Assembly: GCA_001769535.1 (NCBI GenBank)
Contig: MEOH01000009.1
Span: 9,961 to 73,960, forward strand
Origin: Bacteroidetes bacterium GWF2_38_335
GTDB lineage: Bacteria; Bacteroidota; Bacteroidia; Bacteroidales; GWF2-38-335
Reading direction: 5' to 3'
DNA length: 64,000 bases
In this document: piece by piece, positions 1 through 10,500 of the stretch
Layout of the letters: each line of letters begins with the position of its first letter
Position numbering within the stretch: position 1 is the first letter of the stretch
Translations under genes and position numbers: made by a program
The notes under the pieces: model-generated
Told to the model about the DNA's origin: nothing
What the model saw: the letters and a program-made list of their open reading frames with translations, nothing else
The model's database searches: none

Positions 1-949
1 TGTCTTTTGATGTTTTTATTATATTACCTGTAGATTTATAAGCCATTACGTTAGCACCCTTAATAACATTACTGAATTCGTCTTTTTCGCTGTTTTCATA
101 AAGCGATCCCCAGGTTCCCAGATCAGACCAGCCAAAATCGGTGCAAAGTGAATACACATTGTCGGCTTTTTCCATGATTCCATAATCAATGGAAATATTT
201 GTACAGGCGGCGTAAGTTTTTCTTGTTTCCTTTTCTTCGTTTTCGGTATCGAAATGTTTGTATGCTTCTCTAAATAAAGAATTTACGTCGGGAAGACTTT
301 TTTGAAAAGCTTTATGGATTGATTTGAGTGACCAGATAAAAATCCCCGAATTCCATAAAAATTCTCCGGTTTGCACAAAGAATTTTGCCATTTCAAGATT
401 TGGCTTTTCGGTGAATGTCTTTACTTTTTTGAGTTTGGCATTTTCGGTCACCTTGAGCTCATTGTTGATCTGGATATAACCATACCCTGTATCCGGTCTG
501 TTAGGTACAATCCCCAATGTCATCAGGGCATCGTTTTCACCCACAAATTCAAAACCTTGTTTTATATAACTAATGAAAAGATCTTCGTTAACGATCAAAT
601 GGTCCGAAGGAGCAACGACAATCAAAGCTTCGGTGTTTCTTTTTTTGATTTTGTAATTCGCATAAGCAATACAGGGTGCTGTGTTGCGTCTGTATGGCTC
701 AAGCAAAATCATTTCATCTTTAATTCCGTGAAGCTGTTCCTTAACCAGATCGATATTTTCTTTGTTGGTAACAATATAGATATTGTCTTGGGGACAGATT
801 TTTAAAAACCTGTCATAAGTCATCTGAATGAATGTTTTTCCGGTTCCCATAATGTCCAGAAACTGCTTGGGCTTTGAAGATTTGCTCATTGGCCAGAATC
901 TGCTTCCGATACCACCGGCCATGATCACACAATAATAATTTTTATCCAT
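1..949 (-). CDS. manC: Mannose-1-phosphate guanylyltransferase-like nucleotidyltransferase (N-terminal 316 aa; C-terminus lies beyond window start)
   Basis: Absent from the ORF track because no stop falls inside the window. My translation of the minus strand from ATG 949..947 gives MDKNYYCVIMAGGIGSRFWPMSKSSKPKQFLDIMGTGKTF. This is the G-rich NTP-binding loop typical of ManC/GDP-mannose pyrophosphorylases. The frame stays open to base 1 (last residues KGANVMAYKSTGNIIKTSKD). Confidence 0.75.
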   Translation of the reverse strand, partial: MDKNYYCVIMAGGIGSRFWPMSKSSKPKQFLDIMGTGKTFIQMTYDRFLKICPQDNIYIVTNKENIDLVKEQLHGIKDEMILLEPYRRNTAPCIAYANYKIKKRNTEALIVVAPSDHLIVNEDLFISYIKQGFEFVGENDALMTLGIVPNRPDTGYGYIQINNELKVTENAKLKKVKTFTEKPNLEMAKFFVQTGEFLWNSGIFIWSLKSIHKAFQKSLPDVNSLFREAYKHFDTENEEKETRKTYAACTNISIDYGIMEKADNVYSLCTDFGWSDLGTWGSLYENSEKDEFSNVIKGANVMAYKSTGNIIKTSKD

Positions 950-1144
950 CTCAGAGTAAATTTTGGCAAAAGTATAAAAAATAAGCTTTCCGGTCGGGAC
1001 TATTTTGGTAAATTAAGTTAAAAAGGGCATGAGTCAGGACAATTATGTTATGAGATCAAAATTTGCCCGTTAATAAAAGGTAAAAGTATAATTCAGCACA
1101 TCAGGAAAAAACACTATTTTTACCCATATTTTCAAACAAAAGAA

Positions 1145-2158
1145 ATGATTTTAGTCACCGGAAGTTCCGGGTTGCTCGGCTCACACCTTCTTTTTGCCCT
1201 CGCCAGCCGGGGTAAAGAGATTAAAGCGGTAATCAGATCTGAGAAATCCATCAGGCAAATCGAAAAGGTTTTTTCTTATTATACTGATGAACCCGGCAAA
1301 TATTTAAGCAAAATCACATGGTTGCATGGCGACCTGCTTAACTATGAAGATGTTAAGGAAATGACTGCCGGTATTGAGGAAGTTTTTCATACTGCCGCCA
1401 TCGTGTCTTATAAAAAAAGTGACCGTGGCCGGATTATCTCAGAAAATACCCTGATGGCACAGAATGTTGTAAACGCCTGCCAATCTAATAAGGTCCGGCG
1501 ACTATGCCACATCAGCTCGATTGCTGCACTTGGCGATCAGGATAAGTTGATCACGGAGGAAACGTCTTATGATATGACCGGACGAAATTCTGCATACTCA
1601 TCCGGAAAATTCAGAGCCGAACTGGAAGTGTGGCGCGGAATTGCTGAAGGACTTGATGCCGTGATTTTAAACCCCTCGGTGATAATTGGTCCGGGCGACT
1701 GGAACCGCTCCAGCTGCGCATTGTTTAAGACGGTTGACCGCGGACTAAAATTTTACACCGAAGGAACAACCGGCTTTGTTGATGTGCGCGATGTGGCACG
1801 CTGTGCTATTGACCTGATGGAAGGAAATACCGTAAATCAGAAATTCATTATCAACAGTCAAAATACCGACTACTTAACGCTGTTTACAGAAATGGCCCTG
1901 GCTCTTGGGAAAAAGCCACCCATTATTAAAGTTAACCCTGCAATGGCCAAATTGGCTTGCTTTTTGGAACATCTGAGAACATTGATGACCGGAAAAAGTC
2001 CCGTTATTACCCACGAAACCGCACGGATTTCAATGAAAAAGCTTCAGTATTCTGCCGAAAAAATCATTAACAAAACAGGAATAGCATTTATTCCGGTTAA
2101 AGAATCGGTAAAACACACAGCTTCAATATTTCTTCGAGAGACGAGACCCCGGAGTTAA
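1145..2158 (+). CDS. NAD(P)-dependent epimerase/dehydratase-family (extended SDR) oxidoreductase
   Basis: 337 aa. It has the N-terminal Rossmann motif ILVTGSSGLLGSHL (GxxGxxG) and the catalytic YSSGK (YxxxK). The substrate cannot be inferred. Confidence 0.7.
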   Translation: MILVTGSSGLLGSHLLFALASRGKEIKAVIRSEKSIRQIEKVFSYYTDEPGKYLSKITWLHGDLLNYEDVKEMTAGIEEVFHTAAIVSYKKSDRGRIISENTLMAQNVVNACQSNKVRRLCHISSIAALGDQDKLITEETSYDMTGRNSAYSSGKFRAELEVWRGIAEGLDAVILNPSVIIGPGDWNRSSCALFKTVDRGLKFYTEGTTGFVDVRDVARCAIDLMEGNTVNQKFIINSQNTDYLTLFTEMALALGKKPPIIKVNPAMAKLACFLEHLRTLMTGKSPVITHETARISMKKLQYSAEKIINKTGIAFIPVKESVKHTASIFLRETRPRS

Positions 2159-2185
2159 TGTCAATGGTAATTAAATTATCAGGTT

Positions 2186-3379
2186 CTACTTAATTTTCTC
2201 CAGACACAATCTGATTTTTGTAAAAGTGTTTTCGATGTCATTATCCAGTCCCACAGAAAACCTTATCAGTCCTTGCGTCAAGCCCATTTCGCGCTGAATA
2301 TTTTCGGGAACCTCGGAAGATGTGCTTTTACCCGAATTGCTGAAGAGTGTTTTAAAATAGCCCAGACTTACAGCCAGATAACCAACCCCTTCCTGTTGCA
2401 TCATTTCCATCAATCTGTTTGCTTTTGCAGAAGTTTCAACTTCAATGGCAATCATCCCTCCAAAGCCAAACCCGGGATTCATCATTGATTTGAGAAGTTC
2501 GTGCCCTTTGTGGTTTGGTAATCCGGGATAATTTACCGACATACCGTATTCTGTCATCTGTTGTGCCAGATACATGGCATTGTGGCTGTGTTGCTTCATC
2601 CTCAAATGCAGTGTATGCAGGTTTTTAAGAATACCCGATGAGCGTTGCGGATCTAAAACCGGGCCCAACAGCATTGCCGTGCCGTCGTTTACCGAAGAAA
2701 GGGAACTGATAAATTCCTCTGATCCACAAATGGCGCCCGCCACACAGTCATTTTTACCGTTAATGAATTTTGTCATGCTGTAAACAACAATATCTGCACC
2801 CAGTTTTGCCGGTGAAACAATCATGGGAGTAAAGGTGTTGTCAACCACCAATTTCGCATTGTTTTCATGGGCAATTTTTGATAAAGCGGGAATATCAGAA
2901 ATCTGAAGCATCGGATTGGTCATGGTTTCGGTGTAAATCAGTTTTGTGTTTGGTCTGATGGCTTTTTTAACGGCATTCAAATCAGAAATATCAACAAAAC
3001 TGACTTCAATATTGAATTTTGGAAGGTAATTTTTCAAAAAGGCATAAGTACCACCATAGGTTGTCACACTTGTTACAATATGATCGCCCGAATTGCAAAG
3101 CTGTAACATGGTGCATGTAATGGCTGCCATACCTGAGGCAGTGACCCATGCTGTTTCTGTCCCTTCGAGTGCAGCCATGGCATCGGCCAGATATTTATTG
3201 GTGGGATTCCAGTGACGCGAGTATAAAAAGCAACCGGGAGCCTGACCTTCAAAAGTATCGGTCATGGTTTTAGCTTCTAAAAATGTGTAAGTAGATGAAT
3301 CTGTGATTGACGGGTTAACATCTCCGAATTCGCCAAACTGCTTCAGTTCCTGAATTCTGGTTGCGGGATCATGCATCAT
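2186..3379 (-). CDS. Cys/Met-metabolism PLP-dependent enzyme (methionine gamma-lyase / O-acylhomoserine sulfhydrylase-like)
   Basis: 397 aa. Family blocks are YSRHWNPT, VVDNTFTP and the PLP-lysine region YSMTKFINGKND. It is divergent from an Lrp/AsnC regulator gene. Confidence 0.75.
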   Translation of the reverse strand: MMHDPATRIQELKQFGEFGDVNPSITDSSTYTFLEAKTMTDTFEGQAPGCFLYSRHWNPTNKYLADAMAALEGTETAWVTASGMAAITCTMLQLCNSGDHIVTSVTTYGGTYAFLKNYLPKFNIEVSFVDISDLNAVKKAIRPNTKLIYTETMTNPMLQISDIPALSKIAHENNAKLVVDNTFTPMIVSPAKLGADIVVYSMTKFINGKNDCVAGAICGSEEFISSLSSVNDGTAMLLGPVLDPQRSSGILKNLHTLHLRMKQHSHNAMYLAQQMTEYGMSVNYPGLPNHKGHELLKSMMNPGFGFGGMIAIEVETSAKANRLMEMMQQEGVGYLAVSLGYFKTLFSNSGKSTSSEVPENIQREMGLTQGLIRFSVGLDNDIENTFTKIRLCLEKIK

Positions 3380-3454
3380 TATAATGAATATTTTAAATTA
3401 ATTATTTTACAAATTTACCTGATTGACATGCGAATTGTTTAATACTGCCCATGA

Positions 3455-3474
3455 TTGACAGTAATATTTGTCAA
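3455..3474. promoter_or_regulatory. Inverted repeat TTGACA-N8-TGTCAA in the divergent PLP-enzyme/Lrp intergenic region (candidate operator)
   Basis: The sequence ttgacagtaatatttgtcaa was read directly, and an extra TTGACA half-site lies at 3423..3428. It sits between the two divergent starts (3379 and 3539). Confidence 0.35.
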
Positions 3475-3502
3475 ATAAATAAAAACTGAAAGTATTATTA
3501 TA

Positions 3503-3510
3503 TATATTTG
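3503..3510 (+). promoter_or_regulatory. Candidate Bacteroidota -7 promoter box (TAnnTTTG) for the Lrp-like gene
   Basis: TATATTTG lies 28 nt upstream of ATG 3539 and matches the TAnnTTTG consensus described for Bacteroidota sigma-A promoters. Confidence 0.35.
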
Positions 3511-3538
3511 TAAATATTGAAATCAACACAACTAAAAA

Positions 3539-4009
3539 ATGGAAAAGCACTTTCAGATTGATGCCCTTGATAAAAAAATTCTTACTATACTCTCGAAGGA
3601 TGCACGTATGCCTTTTCTCGAGGTTGCCAGGATGTGCAATGTAACCGGTTCGGCTATACACCAGCGGGTTCAAAAAATGAAAGATGAGGGCGTAATTTCC
3701 GGATCAAAATTTAAAATTGAGCCAAAAGGTATGGGATATAATACCTGTGCATTTATTGGCGTGCAGGTAAACCTGACATCAGTGCGGTCGCACGATTATG
3801 TTTTTGACAGGATAAAACAAATCCCGGAGGTTGTTGAATGTCATCATACTTCGGGAAAATATTCCCTTTTATTGAAAGTGATAACAAAAAGCAATGAGCA
3901 TCTTAAAAATGTAATCGTTGAAAAGATACAATCCATTGTTGAGGTGGTGAGTACCGAAACATATATTTCCCTTCAGGAAGGGTTTACTCGGGATTTACCG
4001 ATTGAATGA
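3539..4009 (+). CDS. Lrp/AsnC-family transcriptional regulator
   Basis: 156 aa. The N-terminal HTH is LDKKILTILSKDARMPFLEVARMCNVTGSAIHQRVQKM, followed by an AsnC-type ligand-binding domain of typical size. Confidence 0.85.
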   Translation: MEKHFQIDALDKKILTILSKDARMPFLEVARMCNVTGSAIHQRVQKMKDEGVISGSKFKIEPKGMGYNTCAFIGVQVNLTSVRSHDYVFDRIKQIPEVVECHHTSGKYSLLLKVITKSNEHLKNVIVEKIQSIVEVVSTETYISLQEGFTRDLPIE

Positions 4010-4013
4010 TAAT

Positions 4014-4046
4014 AGTCAGGGGGTGACTCAAAGCCACCCCCTGACT
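4014..4046 (+). terminator. Hairpin with 12-bp stem downstream of the Lrp-like gene
   Basis: The stem agtcagggggtg / caccccctgact encloses a 9-nt loop. It starts 5 nt after the stop at 4009. Confidence 0.5.
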
Positions 4047-4050
4047 AATA

Positions 4051-4081
4051 AAAAAGCCCCGGAAATTCCGGGGCTTTTTTT
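4051..4081. terminator. Bidirectional intrinsic terminator between the convergent Lrp-like gene and gcvH
   Basis: The sequence is aaaaAGCCCCGGaaattCCGGGGCTttttttt, a GC-rich stem flanked by an A-run and a T-run, so it can terminate on either strand. Confidence 0.7.
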
Positions 4082-4457
4082 ATGAAATCAATTCTTTATA
4101 TTTTTCAGGGCTTAAAAGCTCTTCAAGTTCAGCGGGATTGCTAATTTTGATTTTTACCATCCATCCTTTTCCGAATGGATCTTTGTTAACCACGTCAGGT
4201 GAAGCTTCAAGTTCAGGATTTACTTCAAGAACTTCGCCGCCAACAGGCATGTACATGTCAGAAACGGTTTTTACTGCTTCGATGGTTCCGAAGGTTTCTT
4301 CTTTGGCAAGTGTTTCGCCCTGGGTTTCTATTTCAATAAAAACGATATCGCCCAATTCTCCCTGTGCAAAATCGGTAATTCCGATAATAGCTTCATCGCC
4401 TTCTACTTTGATCCATTCGTGATCTTTTGTATACTTCAGATTTTGGGGTACATTCAT
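4080..4457 (-). CDS. gcvH: Glycine cleavage system H protein
   Basis: 125 aa. It has the YTKDHEWIK block and the lipoyl-lysine motif IEAVKTVSDMY, and the size is typical. Confidence 0.9.
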   Translation of the reverse strand: MNVPQNLKYTKDHEWIKVEGDEAIIGITDFAQGELGDIVFIEIETQGETLAKEETFGTIEAVKTVSDMYMPVGGEVLEVNPELEASPDVVNKDPFGKGWMVKIKISNPAELEELLSPEKYKELIS

Positions 4458-4593
4458 GATATTATTCTTTAATTGGTTTAACAGGTATTTTTTATAAACA
4501 TGCCAAAATTATAAAAAAGATCAGTTTAAAACAGAAAAAGACAGGATATTTTGATTATAAATTAATGATTTTAAACATAAATACCCCGTTTTC

Positions 4594-7500
4594 CTATGAT
4601 GCCAGGGTAAATCGCACGCTAACGCCAAATTTTGTATTTGCCTGTGGGAAGCTGAGTGCAATTTTTGGTTTATTTACGGTGCGGTCATAGAATATAGATA
4701 CGTTAAACCTTTGGTTCAGCACATATTCTGCCTTAAAGTTAATTGCCAAAATACTTGCTCCGTTTGTTGCCTGATCAACATTTTCTTCAAGCTTTCTGAT
4801 CACGGTAAGGTTTTTTCTCAGTGAAAAATCAAGACGCAGCACCAAATCGCTGGTTACGGTTTTTCCGTTTAGCTTAAGTTCAAGTTTGGGCACTGTGTAC
4901 CCGGTTCCGATAACAAACTCGTCGTCGCGCACATCCATTAACTGGTTGTTTGAAAAACTGAGCGACAGGTTGCGTGTTTTCTTGACTTCAATTTTGGTGA
5001 TCAAACTGTTGTTCCAGGTCATGTCGACCATGAAAAGCGGGCTAAACCGTTCACTGATGGCAACCCTTGCAATTTCTTCCTTCGATATAAAGTCGGAATT
5101 TTCAGAAAGGGATTCTCTTACCCAGTTCAAACCATCTCCATATTCATCTTCTTTGTAGTTCAAATTGGTAATATAGGAACTCACATTGTAACTTGATGCA
5201 TAGGCATGGCTTAAAGTAAGTGTTTTCAAATATTTCTTCACAAATTTCACTTTCGACAATCCGTCATAATTGATTCGCCAGTTCGGCTTGGGAATAGCCG
5301 GCATATTGGGATTTTTGCTGAGATTGTTATCGGGGTTTGATTTTGTGTAAGCAGCAAGGAACGCCGGTATAAGCACATCCTGTGAAGTGCGGCTGTAGCC
5401 ATCAGGGAATCCGGTAAGCGAGTCGACATTTCCAAAAGGATCGTAACCTGTAAAGGTACCTGTTCCCATGGCATCTAATCGGTCTTGTGACAGTTGTCTG
5501 GCAATAGAATATCGGTAATTTTTGAAATTTTCAAATGCTTCGGACCTGTAATTATCCTCGTCTGACAGTTTTTCAAATGCAGTTCCCCAGGTAATAATAG
5601 AGATAGTATAATTTCCTCCCTCTTCACTGTTGACCACCTTATAGTCATCATCTGTCGGGTAATAATAAATGTTCTGAGTAGTCCGCTTTGATTTTACTCT
5701 TGAAGCATCGATATCAATTCGCATATCGTTAATTGGTTCAACCGTTACCTTAAAACGCCAGTTTTCATTGTGCGTCATCAGGTACTGGTCTTCAATGGTG
5801 GTATCTCTCGAAAGCCAGCCGTAAATATCTCCGGCATTTTCTCCGAAGTTTTTATCCTGTGCTCCAAAAACAAAGGGAATTCCCGGAGCCAATGACCCGT
5901 TATAATTTGAATTACCAAGGAACAGGGTAGAGGGTTTGTAGCCGGGCAAATAGGTTCCGTCGGTGCTGTTATAATTGACATTGATGTTTTTAATTCCCAT
6001 GAGCACTCTTAAGGTATTATCCACAACCAGAATAATTATACTCTCCTTTACCTCTCGTTTTCCGGTTACCCGAACTTCAGCCACAGCATAATCCTTGTCG
6101 GCGGTGAATGTAGCACGGTTTTCGTTTATCACTTTTGAAATACCTTTAATTTCCACGCCCAGTGTGTCGTACATTTTCACATCCACATCTTCGGTTCCAA
6201 GTTTGTGATTGACTGATCTGGGAACATTCGCGGTGAGTCTGACATAAGCTTTTTCTGCTCCTTTTTCAGGCCATTGAACATCTTCAAATTTCTTTTCCTT
6301 TTTATTTGTGGCGCCTTTTTTCCTGTATTTTTTATTTACCTTTTCAAGATACCCTATTTTATTATACAGGTTAAGCATATTAAACTGCAGGTTTGCAGAA
6401 AGATTCCGGGTATTTTCAATGGTATTTCCCGGGTCAAAGTCCAATGAATCGGGCATGATCGGAGAAGTTCTCCAGTCATAGGTTGTATTGTAACCGGTAG
6501 ATGCCGAAATCCAGTTAAACAATGGAATCTTGTTAATAGGCAGCGAATAGGTTGCGTTCAATTCCTGATGGTATTGGGTTGTGCGGCCAAAATCGCGCAG
6601 ACTGGTCATGACAGAGTCTTTCCACGAGTCATATTCAGAGCGGTAATTTTCCTTATCAACTCTTCCATCGGGTTCATCAATACGGGCATAGTTGGTGGCA
6701 GAAAAATCAAATTTAAGCGATTTGGTAAGATTGTATTTGAGGTCATACAAACGGCTCCAGGTGAAGTTTTTGTTGTATGTGGGATCAATAATCATTTCAA
6801 CATCAGGATTGGTAATGTTACGCAGTTGCACTTCGTTGTACATTCTGTCGATATCGGTGCGGAATGACATTTGCTGGGGCACGTAATAGAAATTAAATTC
6901 CTTGATGAGCTTGAGCGATTTTGCCTTGAGCAGTTTACTTTGCTGGAAAGGCATTACATTCTTTGGAGTGGTATTATATAAATATGCAATACCTCCGCGA
7001 TAGTTTTTGGTCAGGTTTTTCTCGGTATTGGGGTTTCTCATGAAAACTTCTGAAAACGAATAGTTGGCCGACCAGTTTGCAATGTCGTAAACTTTGGGCT
7101 TACCTTTCATCTTGTTAACCTTAACATTGGTAAAGTTCAAGCTTTTGCGCTGAGTGAAATCCTGGGCATTATATTTAATAGTGTCTCTTGCACCCTTTGT
7201 AATATTTGGATCTTCAAGAGCTACACGCAATGGAATATCAGGGTCAAGCGGGTTGTATTTTGGGTTGACAACTCCCTGAGAGAAACCAACGTGCATAGGG
7301 ACTTTGATTCCGGTTTTTTCAGGGAAGAATTTACCTAATTCAAGTGAACTGGCCACATCATACTGATAGGTTTCTACCTGGGTTCTTTCCTGGACTTTCT
7401 TTTCTATACTTCCGAATCCCGGCTTGCTGGTTTGTCCGGCCACATTCACACTTCCGAAATCAGCTAAACGGGCATTCACCCTACCAATAGCGGCCCATCC

Positions 7501-10500
7501 ACCACCTTCATCAAAATCAGACAGGCGCAATTCGTTCATCCATACCTCGCCGCAGATGGGATAACCATCATCATCAACAGAATTGGTCTGGGAGTTGGGA
7601 TTGCGCACCCCGATCATAATTGTTTTGATGTTGCTGAGGTTGGGGTTACCGCGGATCCGAATACGGGCATTGCCTTCAAACATTTCATATATTTCGGTCA
7701 GCTCAATCTGACCAAGCCGCATCAAATCATTTCGTTTTTGTTTAACCTCCTGTAGCAGGTCAAATTCAAAATCTATTCTGTTTTCATCCGGCCAAAGGAT
7801 TTCCCTGTCCACATCATTGTCTTCGTAAAAACCGGGAGGGGTTACAGATAGCGGGACTTCATATTCATAGAAGTTGTTCTGGTAATCAGAACCAATGCGG
7901 ATGAAAGCTCTTAATTCGCCATCTTCGAGATCATAATCAGAGTATTCTTCGGCATGGATTTCCAGTTCAAGCTGGCGGTATTGTCTGACGTCCATATCAA
8001 CATTTTTATATGCAGCACGGGCATCGCCATCTTCAAGGTTGCAAACACGCAAAACAATTGATTGCTCATTTAACTGACGCAACTGCGGGTTTGTGGGGTC
8101 AATAACCCTGGTAACGCCGGGAGGAAGCTGGTAATTAATAGGTGACCTGTTACCGTTTTCCTCGATATTTACAGCTGAAATGTCAAACTCAGTTCCTTCA
8201 CCTTCAGTCGGAGCGGGGTACAGACCGGGTTCGCGCATTGCGAAATTATACTTTCTCCATTCTCCCCTGACCAGGTCAATTGATGCAAAACGTAAAACAA
8301 TTTCTTCATCAAATCCGGTCATAAACATCCTCACAAAACGTATGGATTTAAAATCGCTGATGGTACCTACAACTTTTTCCCAGCTTTCGATTGGAATTTT
8401 AAACTGATACCAGTTGACTTTTTCTGTTTCGCCGTTTTCAAGTTTTACGGATGCCTCTATTTTATCGTAAATGTAATTCTGTCCCACATCCATTGTTTCA
8501 GGTCTCAAATCAATCTTATACTGGAAATAGCTTTCTGCCTCACTCAGCGTGTTATCCCTGTTAATATCTTCGATATCAGGAATGGTTGTAGCCGATGTTG
8601 GATAAGATTCGGGCGATTGTTCAGAGGTAGGCGAGTTGCCTTCCAGTCCGTTATATTTTTTATATCTGTCGAGAATTCCGGTTTCGGCATCGTCAAAATC
8701 GGTTCCCCTGAAATAATGGTAATTGTCATTTCCCGGATCAGAAAGTGCTTCGATATAGGCGGCTGAAGTTTCCCCGTACAAAGCTTTGATTGTTTCGAGA
8801 TAATAATTGAATCTGAGTTTCTCCTCCTCGGTACCCAGTCCGTCAAGTCCCACATCCTGAAACTGTCTGGCTTCAGGGTTGTTATCGAATGCTTGTACCA
8901 GTGACTGTTGGGTAGGAACATTACCCCAGGAAGTGGCAGTAACCATTCCTGAATCGGGGGTGGCTGTGGTGGGTAATCCGTTTTCAAAAGCTTTTCTTGA
9001 ATCTTTCAGGATATCCTCCGAAATATTTCCCAGATTGAAATACAATTCACCTCCATTATGTGTGGAGTCATAAACGAAAGGATCCATAACCCAGAATTCT
9101 ATAAACTCAATATTTGCAGCTTCGAAATCATTTGTCTGGATATCACGCATGATACCACCCCAACGAGAGCCGGGGCTTAAAAGTTTACCGCTGGCATTTA
9201 TACCAGCTGAAACTGTCGTCGGGGCTGCATCAAAGTTATATGGTCCCTTTTGATCAGGGTAAAAAGCAAGGTTTAGAACTGCAATATTGGTTGGAATGCC
9301 GTGTTCGTTTTCCTTTTTCGGAAAGATTTCATTTTCATAAACCTCTCTTGTCAGGTGGTTTGAAAGCTGATCGTCGGTGAGGTGTGATGGCCTGTTGGAT
9401 CCTTTTCTGTTCAGGATCGGATCAATAACATACCAGGCAAGTTTGGCGCGGTTGTATCCATACCAGACAGAGTCGTTAAAGAGACCTTCTTCGAAATTAC
9501 CGGTGGGAACACTTGCAATATGCCATGCTGCAAATGATTTAATGTCGATGGATGTTTTACTTCCCTCAAAATCATCGATGTAAGAAACGCCGTTTTTATC
9601 TATGCCTTTGATCTTAGGATGTCCGGGTATCAGATGGGCAAATTCAGCACTTACGGTGATGTTTGACTTGGCTTTAGTTTCGATAAATGGAAGTTTATCA
9701 ACCATTTTTGTTAGGAATGGTGACTCGGTACGGTAATCGGTGTTTATGCCCCAGATGGTGTTGGAGATGGGTTCGTCGCCAATGTTTGTTTTCTGGGTAA
9801 GTGGTCTTTCTGTAAGGTTGAGGATGGTTGCCCCCACATTGAAATTGTCAGAAAATTTATAATTCAGATGAGTGCCCATAAGGGTTTTACTCTGAATATT
9901 AAACATGGTGTTGCTTTCCAGTGATATTTTAATGGGAACGCCGCTTTCAAGGTAGCCCTGATTAAGAATTTTAACCCTTCCCAGATTATAATCCACGGTA
10001 TAGTCAATATTTTCGGTCATTTCAATACCCCCGGCCGTTACCTTTACAGATCCCTGCGGGATATTATAGGCATTGAGTGCAATTTCGGAGCTGGAGGATG
10101 ACTGGTATCTGCCCCGAAGCACAAACTTATTTTTTACTGCTATCTGCCGGGCAGCGCTTTGCGTGGAGTCGTACAACTCCTGGAAAACATAGAAATCTGC
10201 AACGGCGCTAAGTTCTTCGTCGGCAGGGTTTCCGTTGGTGATTTTTTCTCGGAGGTAACCGCCAAAAGGTTCGAGCATTGGAAAATATATTCTTCCGTTG
10301 GATGAATTGATGGTAATACCTTCCATAAAGTCATAAACTCCGTCGGGAGAAGGATCCATGTTGGAGTTTACCCGGTCGAGGTTCAATACTTTAATGAGGA
10401 TTTCGTTTGCAATACCACCTTCGGGGAGGTAGTTTATTTCGCGACCGGTTTTATCATTCTGGTACATGACGTTGAGCTGAAAATCCTGCGGACTGATCTG

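Noticed and set aside
371-805. Track ORF of 144 aa on the plus strand
   Set aside because: It lies entirely antisense to the manC-like gene, whose minus-strand frame carries clear family motifs. The plus-strand peptide is low-complexity and has no motif.
4458-4593. Glycine riboswitch upstream of gcvH, and a SAM riboswitch upstream of the PLP enzyme gene (3380..3538)
   Set aside because: Both leaders are AT-rich and lack the conserved GC-rich helices and GGAGA/ACCG-type cores expected for these riboswitch classes.
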